Below are positions 35,381 through 50,469 of a DNA stretch of 64,000 nucleotides, one piece after another. The position numbers and the translations under genes are program-made. The stretch's first letter is position 1; the number at the start of each line of letters is the position of its first letter. The stretch is from the human T2T-CHM13v2.0 reference genome, Homo sapiens: the NCBI RefSeq assembly GCF_009914755.1, contig NC_060926.1. One strand, written 5' to 3'. Under the pieces are notes generated by a model. The model searched no databases. It had not been told where the DNA came from and worked only from the letters and a program-made list of their open reading frames with translations.

Positions 35381-37949
35381 ACCCAAATAAACCAAACGAA
35401 ACCAAAACAACAACAACCAAAAACAACATTTTCTAAGACAAGCAAACCTACTAAGCTTTATAAGGCCCCCATCCCCCCAAGTATTATCCTTTCCGTGTAC
35501 CCCAACATTAATGACCGCAACTGGTACTAGCCATGTGACATACAATCCCAGCACATTGTTGGGCTCTGATGTTTTCTAGGAATTTTTTCTTTACAGCCTT
35601 ATTGATATTAAGCTCTATTTTCTGAAGACCTGGTTTTTATAAACTGTATATTTTTGCAGTTGAGGGAAAATGATCTCAGGTCAGTCAATCTGCTGTTGAC
35701 CCACAAATGAAATGAGGTAGGATTATTGTTAAGATGGAGAGGTGTCTGCATCGTCCTACACTTTTTCCCAGCCTCCAGGTGACCATATAATTAAAATATC
35801 CTTGATATTTCTACGTAGTTTAAGTTGCTTTTAATTCTAGAAGCCCTCAATCTTTCTCCATTCAATTTAAATGAAAAGGCATTTGAGTATCCAGAACACA
35901 CTCAGCACTCAGAAGCAAAGCAAGAAAAATGGAAACATTATAGTCAATGCCCATGTTCTACCCCAGGATGAAATGAGGCATTAATACTGAGAGTTGTGAT
36001 TCTGAATAAGTCTTAACCTCATGCACATCTTAGTTGTTCAAAAATGTGTCATGTCAGCAAGGTGGTAACAGTGAAGATTTTCTACAATCAAAATAGTATA
36101 GTTATGTTCTGTTGTATAAAATAGAAATAAATGGACCACATTGGTCAGAAAAATCACACTAGCATATTCTGGCAGCTTAATTTTTTTATTATTATACTTT
36201 AAGTTCTAGGGCACATGTGCACAACGTGCAGGATTGTTATATAGGTATACATCTGCCATGTTGGTTTGCTGCACCCATTAACTCGTCATTTACATTAGGT
36301 ACTTCTAATGCTATCCCTCCCCTAGCCTCCACGCTAGGACAGGCCCCCGTGTGTGATGTTCCCCGCCCTGTGTCCAAGTGTTCTCATTGTTCAATTCCCA
36401 CCTATGAGTGAGAACATGTGGTGTTTGGTTTTCTGTCCTTATGATAGTTTGCTCAGAATGATGGTTTCCAGCTTCATCCATGTCCCTGCAAAGGACACAA
36501 ACTCATCCTTTTTTATGGCTGCATAGTATTCCATGGTGTATACGTGCCACATTTTCTTTCTTTCTTTTGTTTTGTTTTATGGAATAAAAAGTTCGGCCTT
36601 TTTACTGCATGAAACTAAAATTGGGAAAGGTGGGCATGGATGGGGTGGGAGGGGGTTGAGGGGAGCAGGAGATGCCCTCCCCACCAGCTCCTGGATAATG
36701 ACACCTCACTTCTTGCGTGATTTCTGGCATCTTCCCGCCTGCAATGCCGGCTCTCTCAGCGTCTTGGAGAAGGGGGGATCACACACTCATCGTCGTGCTT
36801 GGAGAATCATTGTCATTCTGAAAGGAGTGGAGGAAGTTCCCTCCTAGCTCGCCCTCATCTGGAGGGGTGCCTGGAGGATTGCTAATACTATTTACGTTGT
36901 TAGGATAAGTTTTTGGAAGTCATCTATGTCGCCTGACCCTAACAATCCGTTCATGTGGTGTGGCTCCATGCCGCCCATGCTGCCCATCCGACCGTCCGAG
37001 CCGGGACCCATCGGGAAGTTGGACCGGCTGCCTCCAGGCGGCACCGGATTAATCGTTGTGTAGATGTCGCTGGAATTTGTTGAATCTGAGGGACTGGGCA
37101 TAGTGGGTGTTCCTGGAGGGCCGCCACCACCAGGGAGTCCCACATAGGTACCAGGTGATGAGGAGTATGGAATTGAGTTAGCACTGTTAGGATTGGGCCA
37201 GGGTCTGCCGGCTCCCGGGCCCATGTTAATCCCGGGCATGGGGGGACCGAGGGAATTGCGTGGTGGTCTCATGCCGCTGCCATAATTCTGTGGGTTGGGA
37301 CCCATGGGCCCCATGCCTCGGGGAGGGTTCATTCTCTGCATTGATCCTCCCATGTGGGGGTGGCCTTGTTGTGCGGGATCCATGGAATTGGGCAGCAATG
37401 GCTGTGTCCCAGGAACTCCTCCCGGAGGCTGGTTTCCCATTCTGATCGGGGGGCCTGGGGCCGCCTGCGTATCGCGGTGACAAAAAAGGCTGACTGTGGG
37501 GTCCCATCATGCTGCTAGGATTGTGAGGTGGAGGCTGTGCGTGCGGCGAGGGCAGTGACCCCGGAGGACCCTGAAAGAAACCTGGCGGGACTCGGCCTCC
37601 AGGCATCCCATCCTTGGGGGAATGTTGCCAAGCACGGGGCTTGGGGCAGCTGCTCCACTATAATCATGAAAGGCTTTTGCTTCACTTGAATGTTCACAAG
37701 TATCTCTCCTTTTAGGAGCTGCACAGTAAAGGTCCCAAAATACACACCACCACGAGTGCAAAAACCCAGGCGGTTCTCCCAACGCGATGTTTTTTTCCCA
37801 GCGAATCTCCGATAAGAAGGTCTGTGCAGATTTCTGTGCTCCTACCTGCAGTAAATATTCGTAGACGTATAAAGCTAACTTTTCCCCAGCCTGCCCGTCC
37901 GAGGGCACCAAGGAGCCTTTGCCTTTGGCAAACATGGTTTGCAGGGAAG

Positions 37950-38312
37950 ATGGCGCCCAGCCTCCCCACAGCCGCCACCGCTCCCGCTCTCCCGAGCTGC
38001 CCCTCGCCCCCGGCCCCCTCCCAGGCGCTCCCTCCCTCTCTCGCTGGCTGGCGCTCTCCTAGCAGCGCTCCCCTCCCTCCCGAGCAGGCGCTGGCTCCGC
38101 GCTCTTTCCAGCTGTCAAAGCATCAGGCCCGGCCGCGGCCCCATCGCCCTGGAACTCCTCCCGTGCCGGCTTGGCCTGGGGTGCCGCCGCCGCCTCCCGC
38201 AAGGCCGCCCGCTCTCCGGTAGCTCGCGTGCTCGCCCGGTTCCACCTGCTCGGCCCTCTGCGCCCCCAGCACCGCTGCCGCCGCCGCCGCCGCCGCCGCC
38301 GCCGCTGGCCTC
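37950..38312. promoter_or_regulatory. CpG-island-like 5' UTR of the SSBP3 retrocopy
   Basis: Very GC-rich, dense CpG; activity not shown. Confidence 0.55.
38277..38305 (+). repeat. (GCC)9 trinucleotide repeat
   Basis: Direct reading of sequence. Confidence 0.95.
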
Positions 38313-39056
38313 ATGTGTCACATTTTCTTAATCCAGTCTATGGCTGATGGATATTTGGGTTGGTTCCAACTTTTTGCTATTGTGAATAGTGCCGCAATAA
38401 ACATACGTGTGCATGTGTCTTTATAGTAGCATGATTTATAATCCTTTGGGTATATACCCAGTAATGGAATCGCTGGGTCAAATGGTATTTCTAATTCTAG
38501 ATCCTTGAGGAATCACCACACTGTCTTCCACAATGGTTGAACTAGTTTACACTCCCACCAACAGTGTAAAATCGTTCCTATGTCAAGCAATGGCAACAAA
38601 AGACAAAATAGACAAATGGGATCTAATTAAACTAAAGAGCTTCTGCACAGCAAAAGAAACTACCATCAGAGTGAACAGGCAACCTACAGAATGGGAGAAC
38701 ATTTTTGCAATCTATCCATCTGACAAAAGGCTAATATCCAGAATCTACAAATAACTTAAACAAATTTACAAGAAAAAAACAAACAACCCCATCAAAAAGT
38801 GGGCAAAGGATATGAACAGACACTTCTCAAAAGAAGACATTTACGCAGCCAACAGACACACGAAAAAATGCTCACCATCACTGGCCATCAGAGAAATGCA
38901 AATCAAAACCACAATGAGATACCATCTCACATCAGCTAGAATGGCAGCTTAATTTTTAAAATGCTATATCAATAATTTAACCACACAGATCTGTCAGAAT
39001 AAATGTTACATTTTAATTGACAATAATTTTTTGCTCTCTTAGAGACAGGTAGATAG

Positions 39057-39401
<345 letters not shown>

Positions 39402-40293
39402 TAGGCTGATGCTATGGTAACTCAGTTATTCATGATACATGTCATATTAGAGATAGGAGAATTCAATATTCATGATTTTGAAGCAATTTCAGAGTACTAT
39501 AATCACCACACTTGACAGACTTCAGAATTCATTGGAAATCTCTGGAAATAATTAGCAAGTTATTAGCACAGATTCCAAACAGACCTTCAAAATGCATTAC
39601 ATAGATTTGGTAAAACAGATTGTCAGTCTGCCAAAAGTAGTCACTTTGGTTTGATTTGCATTGAATGAAATTTTTAAAATGTAAAGCTAAACTCTTCAGG
39701 ATCACTGCACTGGTTTCTATGGGACAACACTGAACAGGGCTGCCACTGAAACACCTTGGATGAGAGCCTCAAACTCCCTGAACACAGCTTCCAGCACACT
39801 ACTGGGAGAATGATTGGGACTCAAAAATGCGTGCAATGAATTTACTTATGAGCTTCTTGGAGAGGAAGTAAAGAGGTTGTATGTAATTACCTCAAATTAG
39901 CACTACTACAGATAAAGTAATAATATTGATAAAGTAATTGATAAATAGTAGTGCTAAAGTCATACTAATCAAGTAGTACTAATAGCCCTATACTAGTAGT
40001 AATAACAAAGTGGTATTGCTATTGATTCTATTGGTCTGTCTACCTACCTATCTCTCTAGATGGGAGGGCATAGGATTTGGCTGATGAGATTGGGCTTAGC
40101 AGTGGAGAGCAAAGAGCTCATGCATGCTTTGAACAGGTATGCACTCAAACCTGGTATCGTGTGACTGTTCTGAATTCCAGAACCAAGGCTAAAAGGTGGA
40201 AGTTTTGTTTGACTATTTGTGTGTCACATTTCCCTTTTGGTCTATTGTCTAACATATGCTGCTAGAATTCTTTTTACTCTGACTACCTTTTAG

Positions 40294-40471
40294 GTGGTTA
40301 GATGACGCTGTTATTGATGAGATCACACCCAAGCTGATCAGAGATCCGCCCAATTCTTGCACCTACAGCAAGGCCTTGGGAGAAATGGTGGTGCAGCAGG
40401 AGAGCAGAAACCTAACCATCGCCATCATAAGGCCCTCCACTGTGGGAGCGACGTGGCACGACCCTTTCCCA
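40294..40471 (+). pseudogene. FAR2P: FAR2 unprocessed pseudogene exon (178 bp)
   Basis: ttttag| ... |gtaag; open frame WLDDAVIDEITPKLIRDPPNSCTYSKALGEMVVQQESRNLTIAIIRPSTVGATWHDPFP. Confidence 0.95.
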
Positions 40472-40547
40472 GTAAGCCCACTCACCTGGATTCTGTGTTT
40501 TGCTTCCAAATTAAAGTTCTTCTAGCCCAATTACTTTCTGATGTCGT

Positions 40548-40649
40548 TTCTCCCCCTCCTCCTCCTTCTCTTCCTTCTTCTTCTTTCTTCCTCTTCGTCT
40601 TCTTCCTCTTCCCCTTCCCCTTCTCCTCCTCCTCCTCTTCCTCCTCCTC
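40548..40649 (+). repeat. CT-rich (CTT/CCT)n pyrimidine tract
   Basis: About 100 bp almost pure pyrimidine. Confidence 0.9.
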
Positions 40650-41031
40650 AGGATGTATAGCTAAGTGCAGCCAATCAAGTATGAACCCATTATACAAGGG
40701 CAAAATTCCACTTTGGGATCAGGATTTACCCAGCATGCAGCTTCTCTGGCAGTTACCCTGACTGTCCTAGAGTTGAATGGAGATCTTAAATTAGCTTCTA
40801 ATTACTCTAGCCTCAAAATTCCCATGGGTGATGGTTTCATATCTTGGCTTTCCCACTATAGTTTAAACATACCGAATGTTCTTAATGGTCAAATTGGTAG
40901 TATTGCAACTGCCAGGGTAAACAAGGGTTACAAAGTGCACAGAAGGATCTCAGCTTGGGAACACTGTTTTTTCTAACCTCAGTATAGCGCTATGTCCTTT
41001 TGAAAGTACTTTGAATTATACTATCTTCTTT

Positions 41032-41728
41032 TTTTTATTATACTTTAAGTTCTAGGTTACATGTGCACAACGCGCAGGTTTGTTACATATGTATACATGT
41101 GCCATGTTGGTTTGCTGCACCCATTAACTCGTCATTTACATTAGGTATTTCTCGTAATGCTATCCCTCCCCCATCCCCCCACCCCATGACAGGCCCTGGT
41201 GTGTGATGTTCCCCGCCTTGTGTCCAAGTGTTCTCATTGTTCAATTCCCAACTATAAGTGAGAACATGCGGTGTTTGGTTTTCTGTCCTTGCAGTAGGTT
41301 GCTCAGAATGATGGTTTCCAGTTTCATCCATGTCACTACAAAGGATATGAACTCATCCTTTTTTAAGGCTGCATAGTTCTCCATGGTGTATATGTGCCAC
41401 ATTTTCTTAATCCAGTCTATCGATAGAGATTTGAGTTGGTTCCAGGTCGTTGCTATTGTGAATAGTGCCGCAATAAACATACGTGTGCATGTGTCTTTAT
41501 AGTAGCATGATTTATAATCCTTTGGGTATATACCCACTAATGGGATCACTGGATCAAATGGTATTTCTAGTTCTAGATCCTTGAGGAATCGCCACACTGT
41601 CTTCTACAGTGATTGAACTAGTTTACACACCTACCAACAGTGTAAAACGTTCCTATTTCTCCACATCCTCTCCAGCACCTGTTGTTTCCTGACTTTTTAA
41701 TGATCGCCATTCTAACTGGTGTGAGATA
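41032..41728 (-). mobile_element. 5'-truncated L1PA
   Basis: L1 3' 0.7 kb; imperfect TSD gaatta(t/a)ac(t/c)atcttcttt at 41013-41031 and 41729-41747. Confidence 0.93.
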
Positions 41729-42133
41729 GAATTAAACCATCTTCTTTAAAGCAAGTCTGTGAAGCTTTGGGGGCAGATAAATTCCAACTCCACCACTTAC
41801 TGGCAATGCAAAATTTTTGAGTTGTCCCTTCCATAAAACAGGAGGGATACTATTTTGGAGAGCTGGTTTAATGAGACAATGTATGAGGAGTGCTCAGTCT
41901 CTAGCAAAAGGCAGGTCCTTACTACAAGGCTCATGGATATTAATCCCTTCATCTTCTCCTCCCGCCTCTCTCCTTTCCCATTATACACAGACATTTTGAC
42001 TTTTACACTATAAGGTAAAGAGACATAATAAGGTCAGCTGAATGGCTTAGGGTTTAGGAAACAAACTCAAAAAGACATTTCCCTCTAACTGTTCTTAAAC
42101 ATAATCTTCCCTGTAACATCTTTAAGCAAGTCA

Positions 42134-42206
42134 ACACACACACAGACACACACACACACACTACATATATATATACACACACACACACACATATATATAT
42201 ATATGT
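42134..42206 (+). repeat. Compound (CA)n/(TA)n microsatellite
   Basis: Direct reading of sequence. Confidence 0.92.
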
Positions 42207-42644
42207 GTATCTGGCATGGACTCTATAGCTGGTCAAAAATGTCAAGAAATGGGCCATTACTACCAATCATGTCTCCAGTGTTCTCCTAAGGAGGCTAAAA
42301 TCAGGACTGAAGTGGAGAAGTATGGTTGGTGAATTGCTTAGCAGATCATGATATAAGAACAAGGTTCAATGTAGCCTTTAAGATGTCATAAAACACCACA
42401 AAACCATTCATGACTCCTGCTATGAACAACAATCCTGGCCAAATTTTAATTCTTGCACAAAGTGCAGAAAATAGCCAATGCTTTGCCATTGATCTTTGGG
42501 ATCTTAATAAGACTGAATTAGATAGTTCTATTAGCTGGAGTCTCAGTGCTCTTGTTTGAAATTCATTAAGATGAGACTGCAGATGTTCCAAAGATACAAC
42601 AATCTTCTGAAATGTGTAACCAATGGAAATCTTCTTTCTTTTAG

Positions 42645-42689
42645 GGTTGGGTTGATAATCTAAATGGACCTAGCAGACTCATTATTGGG
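42645..42689 (+). pseudogene. FAR2P: FAR2 unprocessed pseudogene exon (45 bp)
   Basis: ttctttctttttag| GWVDNLNGPSRLIIG |gtatgt; matches FAR GWVDNINGPNGIIIA exon. Confidence 0.92.
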
Positions 42690-43529
42690 GTATGTTTAAG
42701 GGTGAAGAAATAACTCTCTGAAATGTAGTGGAGGAATAGTAATAAAATTCTTAGTGTTGGCTTAGCTTCACTGATCCCAAAACATAAATGTTACTTTACT
42801 AACAATTGAAGCATATTATTTCAATTATGCTAATTGTAATATAGAGACAGGAAGAAATTATTTTTATTCTTCGAGGATTTTTATCAGAAAAACCAAGGTA
42901 ATGTACTATCAATTACCATTTAGGAATTCTTCTTTAAAAAACTTTTTTAAATTAAAAATATTAGTCTTAATTGAGTGTGGATAATAGAAATCCCATAATT
43001 ATCTTATTTTTATTAGATACCCTCTCAAAGTAGTTTTACATTATTTTATTCTTTTGTAGTTTATAATATAATAAATGTGTCAAAAACAATATGTACAACA
43101 GACTGATAAATGGTTCTGTTTAGCTAAGTCTACTCTAGTCTATATCATGAAAGTGTTAGGTCTAAATTTCTAAACATTATAAACAACAATTTTTTGAAGT
43201 GCTCTGATTTTCCTAACAATACAATACTCCTGACTCTCTTAAGTTTACACATGTAAATGAGAAGGAACTATATATGAAAATATCATACCTCTTCTGTAGC
43301 TATTAGAATTTTTCAGCTGAGGTTTTACATCGTCACCAATTTAGTGTCACTCCTTTGCTCTGCAAACTTCAGCTCTCAATATATAGTTAACACTTTTATT
43401 TTCTGGAGATTTTTAGACTTTAAAGAACTCATTCAAGATTGTTTAAGAAACAAAGCACGGGATGAATTGAAGACTTTCATTTTAAAAGTAAGTGCAGCAA
43501 AATTATGAAGGTTAAGCCTGATGAATATG

Positions 43530-44090
43530 AAAGGCAGACAGCATCAAATGCTGGTGATGCTGGTAGGAATGCAAATGTTACACCACTTACGAAGACAGTT
43601 GGTCAGCTTTTTACAAAACTAAGCAAACTCTTATCATATAATCTAGCATTAATGCTTCTTAGTATTTACCTAAAGAAACTGAAAACTTGTCCACACAAAA
43701 ACCTGCACAATAATGTTTATAGCAGCTTAATTCATAATTGCCAAACTTGGAAGCCAACAAGATGTCCTTCATTAGGTAAATGGATAAACTGTAATACATC
43801 CAAATAATTAAATATTATTCAGCATTAAAAAGAAATGACCTATCAAGCCATAAAAAGACATAAAGGAATCTCAAATACATGTTTCTGAGTGAAGCCAATC
43901 AGGAAATGCTACATACTGTATGACTCCAGCTACATGACATTCTGGGAAAGGCAAAACTATGGAGACAGTTAAAAAAAAATCAGTGGTTGCCAGGAGTTAT
44001 GGGGGACAGAGGGATGAGCAGATGGAGTACAGAGGAATTTTAGGGCAGTGAAACTCTTCTGTATAATACTATAATTATGGATATTATGTT
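43530..44090 (+). mobile_element. Old L1MC-type 3' end
   Basis: atgacattctgggaaaggcaaaactatggagacag ... tttagggcagtgaaact. Confidence 0.75.
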
Positions 44091-44488
44091 CAGATTTTTA
44101 AATAAATAAAACTGAAATTTAAAATAGAATAAGAGGGAATCAGGTTGATTTGTTTCAACTGAAATTCATGATCACAAAGCTCATGTCTTTATGCTTCCCA
44201 GAAAAAAATATTCCCTGCTCCATTCACTCTCATCCTTTCCCAGAGTAACAGTTCATATTTATTTTCTCTCCTTCCCATCTTCACTCTTTGCTGATAACTT
44301 TATTTTCTATTTCACTTGTAAAAAAAAGTGGTCATTTGACAAGAATTTCAAAATCTCCAGTCTCTACATCTGCTCATCTTTATATATCTATACCTACATT
44401 CTGTTATCTCTCCTTTTCATATGGGTGAACTGTCTTTGCTTCTAAATAATGTCCACCCCTCTTACTGTGACTGGGTGCTGTGTCTTGT

Positions 44489-45018
44489 TGTATTAGGATT
44501 CTCTAGAGGGACAGGACTAATAGGATAAATGTATATATAAAATGGGTTATTAAAGAGTGTTGACTCGCACAATCACAAGGTGAAGTTGCACGATAGGCTG
44601 TCTGCAAGCTGAGGAGGAAGAAAGCCAGTCTGAGTCCCCAAATCCCAAAAGTAGGGAAGCCACCCGTGCAGCCTTCAGTCTGTGGCTGAAGGCCTGAGAG
44701 CCCCTGGCAAACCCCTGGTGTAGGTCCAAGAGTCCAAAAGCTGAAAGAACTTGGAGTTTGACGTTTGAGGGCAGGAAGCAACCAGCACGGGAGAAAGATG
44801 GAGCCAGTCGAGCCCTTCCATATTCCTTGCCTGCTTTTATCCTAGATGCGCTGGCAGCTGATTAGAGGGTGACCACCCAGACTAAGGGTGGGTCTGCATC
44901 TCCCAGTTCACTGACTCAACTGTTAATCTCCTTTGGTGACACCCTCACAGACACACCCAGGAACAATACTTTGCATCCTTCAGTCCAATCAAGGTGACAC
45001 TCAGTATTAACCATAACA
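44489..45018 (-). mobile_element. Solo LTR, MLT2A-like (ERVL)
   Basis: tgtattagg...ccataaca termini; 5-bp TSD cttgt/cctgt. Confidence 0.85.
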
Positions 45019-47666
45019 CCTGTTACCTACTCATGCCTGTCATTCCAGCAATTTTCTTGCTTCTTTTTCTGCATCTGAAATTTTAATTTCTCCACCAAAT
45101 TCTTCACATCAAAAAACAAAAAAAGAAGTTATTTCATTTAACCTGAAAAAAACCAAAAACTCATAAAGAGCTAATGAATAAATTTATCTCAAACATTTGA
45201 TAACTTTAATTATAACTTTAATATTCATAGCTTATATTTATCAATAGATTGTCTTAGGAAAAGAAAAAGACTTCCCATAAACTAGAAGAAAATGTAAAAT
45301 ATAACCAACATATAAACAGCAATGTGTTAAAGAATTATAAAGAATAATACAAATAACACAATTTAATGAACAAAGGATATAGACATTATACAAAATATGA
45401 AAACATGAATAGACAATATATAATGCCTAATATTGGTAATCAGGGAAATGCTATTAAACATAGCATAGCATTGTGTGTGTGGATGTGTGGATGTAAATGG
45501 CAGTAAAAGGTAAAAAGGGAAGGTGGTAAAAAGGGAGATGGTCTAATATTTTCAACATTTTTTAATTTTTGTTTTGTGTTTTATTTATATATTTTTGGCA
45601 GCAAAATTGTGTTTACTAAAAAAAAATCTGGACTATGAACACACTTCACTGCTTTGAAGAACTCCAAGCCAAATAAAAAGACCAATCAATATTAAAAGCA
45701 GTATAACTGCTTACTTTTTAAAAAATACATAAAAAGAATCAAATGCAACAGTGTAGGAAGGCAATCACCCCCATGTCAGAAGTCAGAACTTCTTCCAAAT
45801 AAAGAGTATGACCCATCTGCCATAGTGAATCAATATTTATTTCAGGACATGCCATGTCAAAATAAAACAGAGTCAACCCTTGCCTTTAGCAATTATATTG
45901 TATTATAAAAGCACTTTATAACTCCATCCCATCTTTAAGTGTAAGTTACTGGTATGTGGGCTAATGATTATCTGTAAGCATTTCTCTATTCAGATCCATA
46001 ATCCAAGTGCTCTCTGAATATTACAAGGTGACAATAAGTGGGAAGTGAAGGAGGAAGAGGAAAGAGAGGGGACTAAGGTTCTCCCAGTTTAAGGTTTTGT
46101 TGCAATGAGGGGATGAGGAAGTATGAAGATATTTTTGTTGTCTTTTCATCTTTATACTGTGTTAAGTAACGTTTACAACATAAATTCAGCAGGCTTTTCC
46201 TGACCTATAACTCGAAGTTTTCTTCCTGCAAACAATGTATTTACAAATGTGTTTATTAGCTTACACAGCAATCTCACAATAACTAGTGAAGATTAAAAGG
46301 GCACACTCCTAGTATATTTGTTTGCAGTGTTTCAAGGGAAATACATATTGCCATGGTGAAGCTCTAAATAGATTCAACGAAACATCTAAAAATTGAAAGT
46401 TGTTAAAAAAAAAAGCAAAGAAATATCACCAAAGAAAAAAGATTAATCGTAGCTTAAATATAAAACTAAATCATTAGTTAATTAAACTATACAGATCTCA
46501 TACAAACGAAAACCAGCCTGAAAGACCCAACCTTAAAAAAATGCTAAAAAATAAGGCATAAATCTGCATAATATTCAGTTTTATTTCCATTCTCTCCTTT
46601 CCCTCTACTATGTATGCTTTACCTGATCTGCCTCTAGGGGCTTACAAGAAAATGGTTTCCGGTTTCCATCTTCAATTTGACCTCAAATGTCCTGAGCAAA
46701 GTTTTTGCTCTTCTGCTGAGGGTTCTTTTGTTGGTAAGCTTTAGATATCGTTATTTCTGCTAATTCAGTAGTTTTGATCGTAGTGCCAAATTTAAATTCT
46801 TCCACTGGTTCTTCTGTAAGGAATTAAACTTTTATGGTGTCTTGCCTGCATAGTATTATTTTTTAAAAAAAGAAAACCCAAGCAAAATCTATTGCTTAAA
46901 GAGGTTTCTTATTTTTTAAACAAACAGAATAACTCTTGACAATTTTAAAACCTTGGGAGAAATAGTTCATTAGAACGTCATTATCTTACCATGAAGAATT
47001 AAATACTAAAAACCTGTTCTGAAGCACTTGGTTAATTTTCTCTCCCAGAGTCTAATAAAGCACATGTGAAAGGACCATTTGTTTTAGTCAGAAATACATT
47101 TTATGTTCTGCTACTTATAAGTACTCAGTATGTTCTTTAGGACTCATTTTGAAGATGCACCAGGAGGCTTTTCTCATTCAAGCACTGCCTACCGTGATCG
47201 CTGAATTCTGACCTCAAAGAGGATCTAAGTAATTTATATCAGTGCTCAAGAATAATTCTGGACATCTTGGTCCACAGCCTACAGCAAGTGGTATCTGTAA
47301 AATTAAAGGATAATTCCAGTGGGCTTGGTCGGACTGCTGCTTTGCCATCTCTTGTTTGTTTTGAGGAAGTGGGGGGAGGCTAGGTAAGAACACGGAAATA
47401 GGGAACGGGGTAAGGGAGAGGTGAGAAGAGCAAGGAGAGATAAAGCAGGCTGTGAACATACTGCTCGTTAACCAAGCCATACTCATACTGTTGAGATTTC
47501 CATCATTTTGAAGTACATTATCATAACATTAAAAAAGAAAAAAAATGTTAAGAAAATGTATCTAATTTTTAAAGTTATCACTGGAATACGCTGAAATAGT
47601 TTGGCTTTTTGTAAAATATAAATAATGAAGACGCTGACTTTTTTTTGTGCTTGTCAAGCTAATAGA

Positions 47667-48930
<1,264 letters not shown>

Positions 48931-50284
48931 CACATTTTTTTAAATACACAAAACATATGTACTAAAAACAATGGGGCGGTGAAAACAAAATATTGCAAAC
49001 TAGAAAAAAGACAAAATTGACATTTTAAAGACTTTATTATGTATTATTAAATATATATTAAACAGAAATGTTATAAAATTTAGCGTCCCTATCTCCCAGT
49101 CTCTGTGAGAGGTCAGAAACTTAACTTTCCTAAGCCACAATTAAGCAAACACATCTGGCCTAATCACATGGACCAACCTGTCTCCTAACATCATGCAGGA
49201 AGTTTCAGGAGCTCCTGCAAAACTCTCCCGCCTTGCATTTGAACAGATATGTCAACTGATACAATTACACAAGAATTGTATCAAGATATTAGACTGAATC
49301 TCACAATCACACTCAGCCTGATTATTAACCCTTCTCCTGCATCTTGCTCACCTAAATGTATCTGCATTTTCTATGAAGTGAATAGCTTAGAAATGTATGT
49401 CGTCCATGTATTATAGTGTAAGTTATTGTAGTATAGAAATATGGACTTTCTTTAACTCCCATTTTCTGCCTAGGAAATACCAATTTTTTTAGTATGGCAA
49501 GTGTTTCCAAGCATTGAGAAGTGGAGAGTGTAGGATATCCACTGCAGAATGAGGTCTGCTTGTCATCCTCTTAGTCTCCACTGCTATCCCTCCCTCATCT
49601 CTCTCTGTTTCATTGATGAGTATAGAAGATCAGTCACTTTTATATGAAATGAAAATTGATGAAACTAAGGTGTTGATTTGATTATCCAACCAACCATTTA
49701 TTGAGTGTTCATTATAAGTCAAATTGTGTTCTGGAGAACAGCTCAGGAAATGAATGTTTGACATCAATGTACATAACAGAAATACGAACATACCATTAAA
49801 AACTCAGACCTCTTATGACAATCCAGATTCTCATGTAAGTTTTGTGAAGCTCTTTCAAGATGACAATGTAACAATTCAAAAAAAATTATTTAAACAAGTC
49901 ATTCTTGAGACAGAAAAATGGAATTACAAGATCATATATGGCTATTTCACTAGCTGAAATCTTAAGTACTGTTTTTAGTCAATTGACAGCCATATAATTC
50001 TTAGTTTTATATACTGATATTCACCAGAAATTAAAAACTTTTAAAAATATTTCTGTCTCATTCTACTAATTTTAAAATTTCATTTATTTGGTTATATTTC
50101 TTCATTTTACCTGGCCTTGAATACTTCTTTCCTGCCCAGCATTAAGTTTAATTAATGTCTAATTTGTTTACTTGGTTTAGTTACTTTTGACCATGCTTGG
50201 TACACTTGTTGTGGAGCAGGCATGTAGAAATGTTTACAGGTTTATGGTCCTCACTCTTCCAAATCCCTAACGGCGGCACCCAAC

Positions 50285-50469
50285 AGACACATACCACAAT
50301 GTAAACACATACACACACACACACCTGCACACCCATACTCACCCACCTACACACACACCCGCACACACCCATACTCACCCACCTACACACAGACACACAC
50401 CGATACTCACCCACCTACACCTAGACACACCTGCACTCACCCACCCACACCCAGACTCACCCACACATA
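50285..50469 (+). repeat. CA-rich degenerate minisatellite (unit containing actcacccacctacac)
   Basis: Motif actcacccac recurs five times. Confidence 0.8.

Larger units (their letters stand above)
36559..38312 (-). pseudogene. SSBP3P: Processed pseudogene of SSBP3 (SSDP1)
   Basis: ATG at 37935: [29 protein letters not shown] (LUFS/LisH domain); proline/glycine-rich region split over three frameshifted ORFs; intronless; decayed poly-A; TSD gtg(c/t)cacattttctt at 36544-36558 and 38315-38329. Confidence 0.96.
36186..38941 (-). mobile_element. 5'-inverted L1PA interrupted by the SSBP3 retrocopy
   Basis: L1 3' end on minus 36186-36558 and 38313-38581, inverted piece on plus ~38584-38941; TSD tggcagcttaattttt at 36170-36185 and 38942-38957. 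Confidence 0.9.

Noticed and set aside
37824-38331. Proline-rich plus-strand ORFs
   Set aside because: Product of GC-rich SSBP3 5' UTR and the (GCC)n repeat.
39897-39957. 12-bp inverted repeat ttagcactacta/tagtagtgctaa
   Set aside because: Sits in low-complexity TAG/TAA-rich DNA; no supporting element structure.
50285-50469. Repeated actcacccac units that superficially resemble a repeat-spacer array
   Set aside because: Degenerate CA-rich minisatellite in a primate genome; spacers are not unique and no cas genes.
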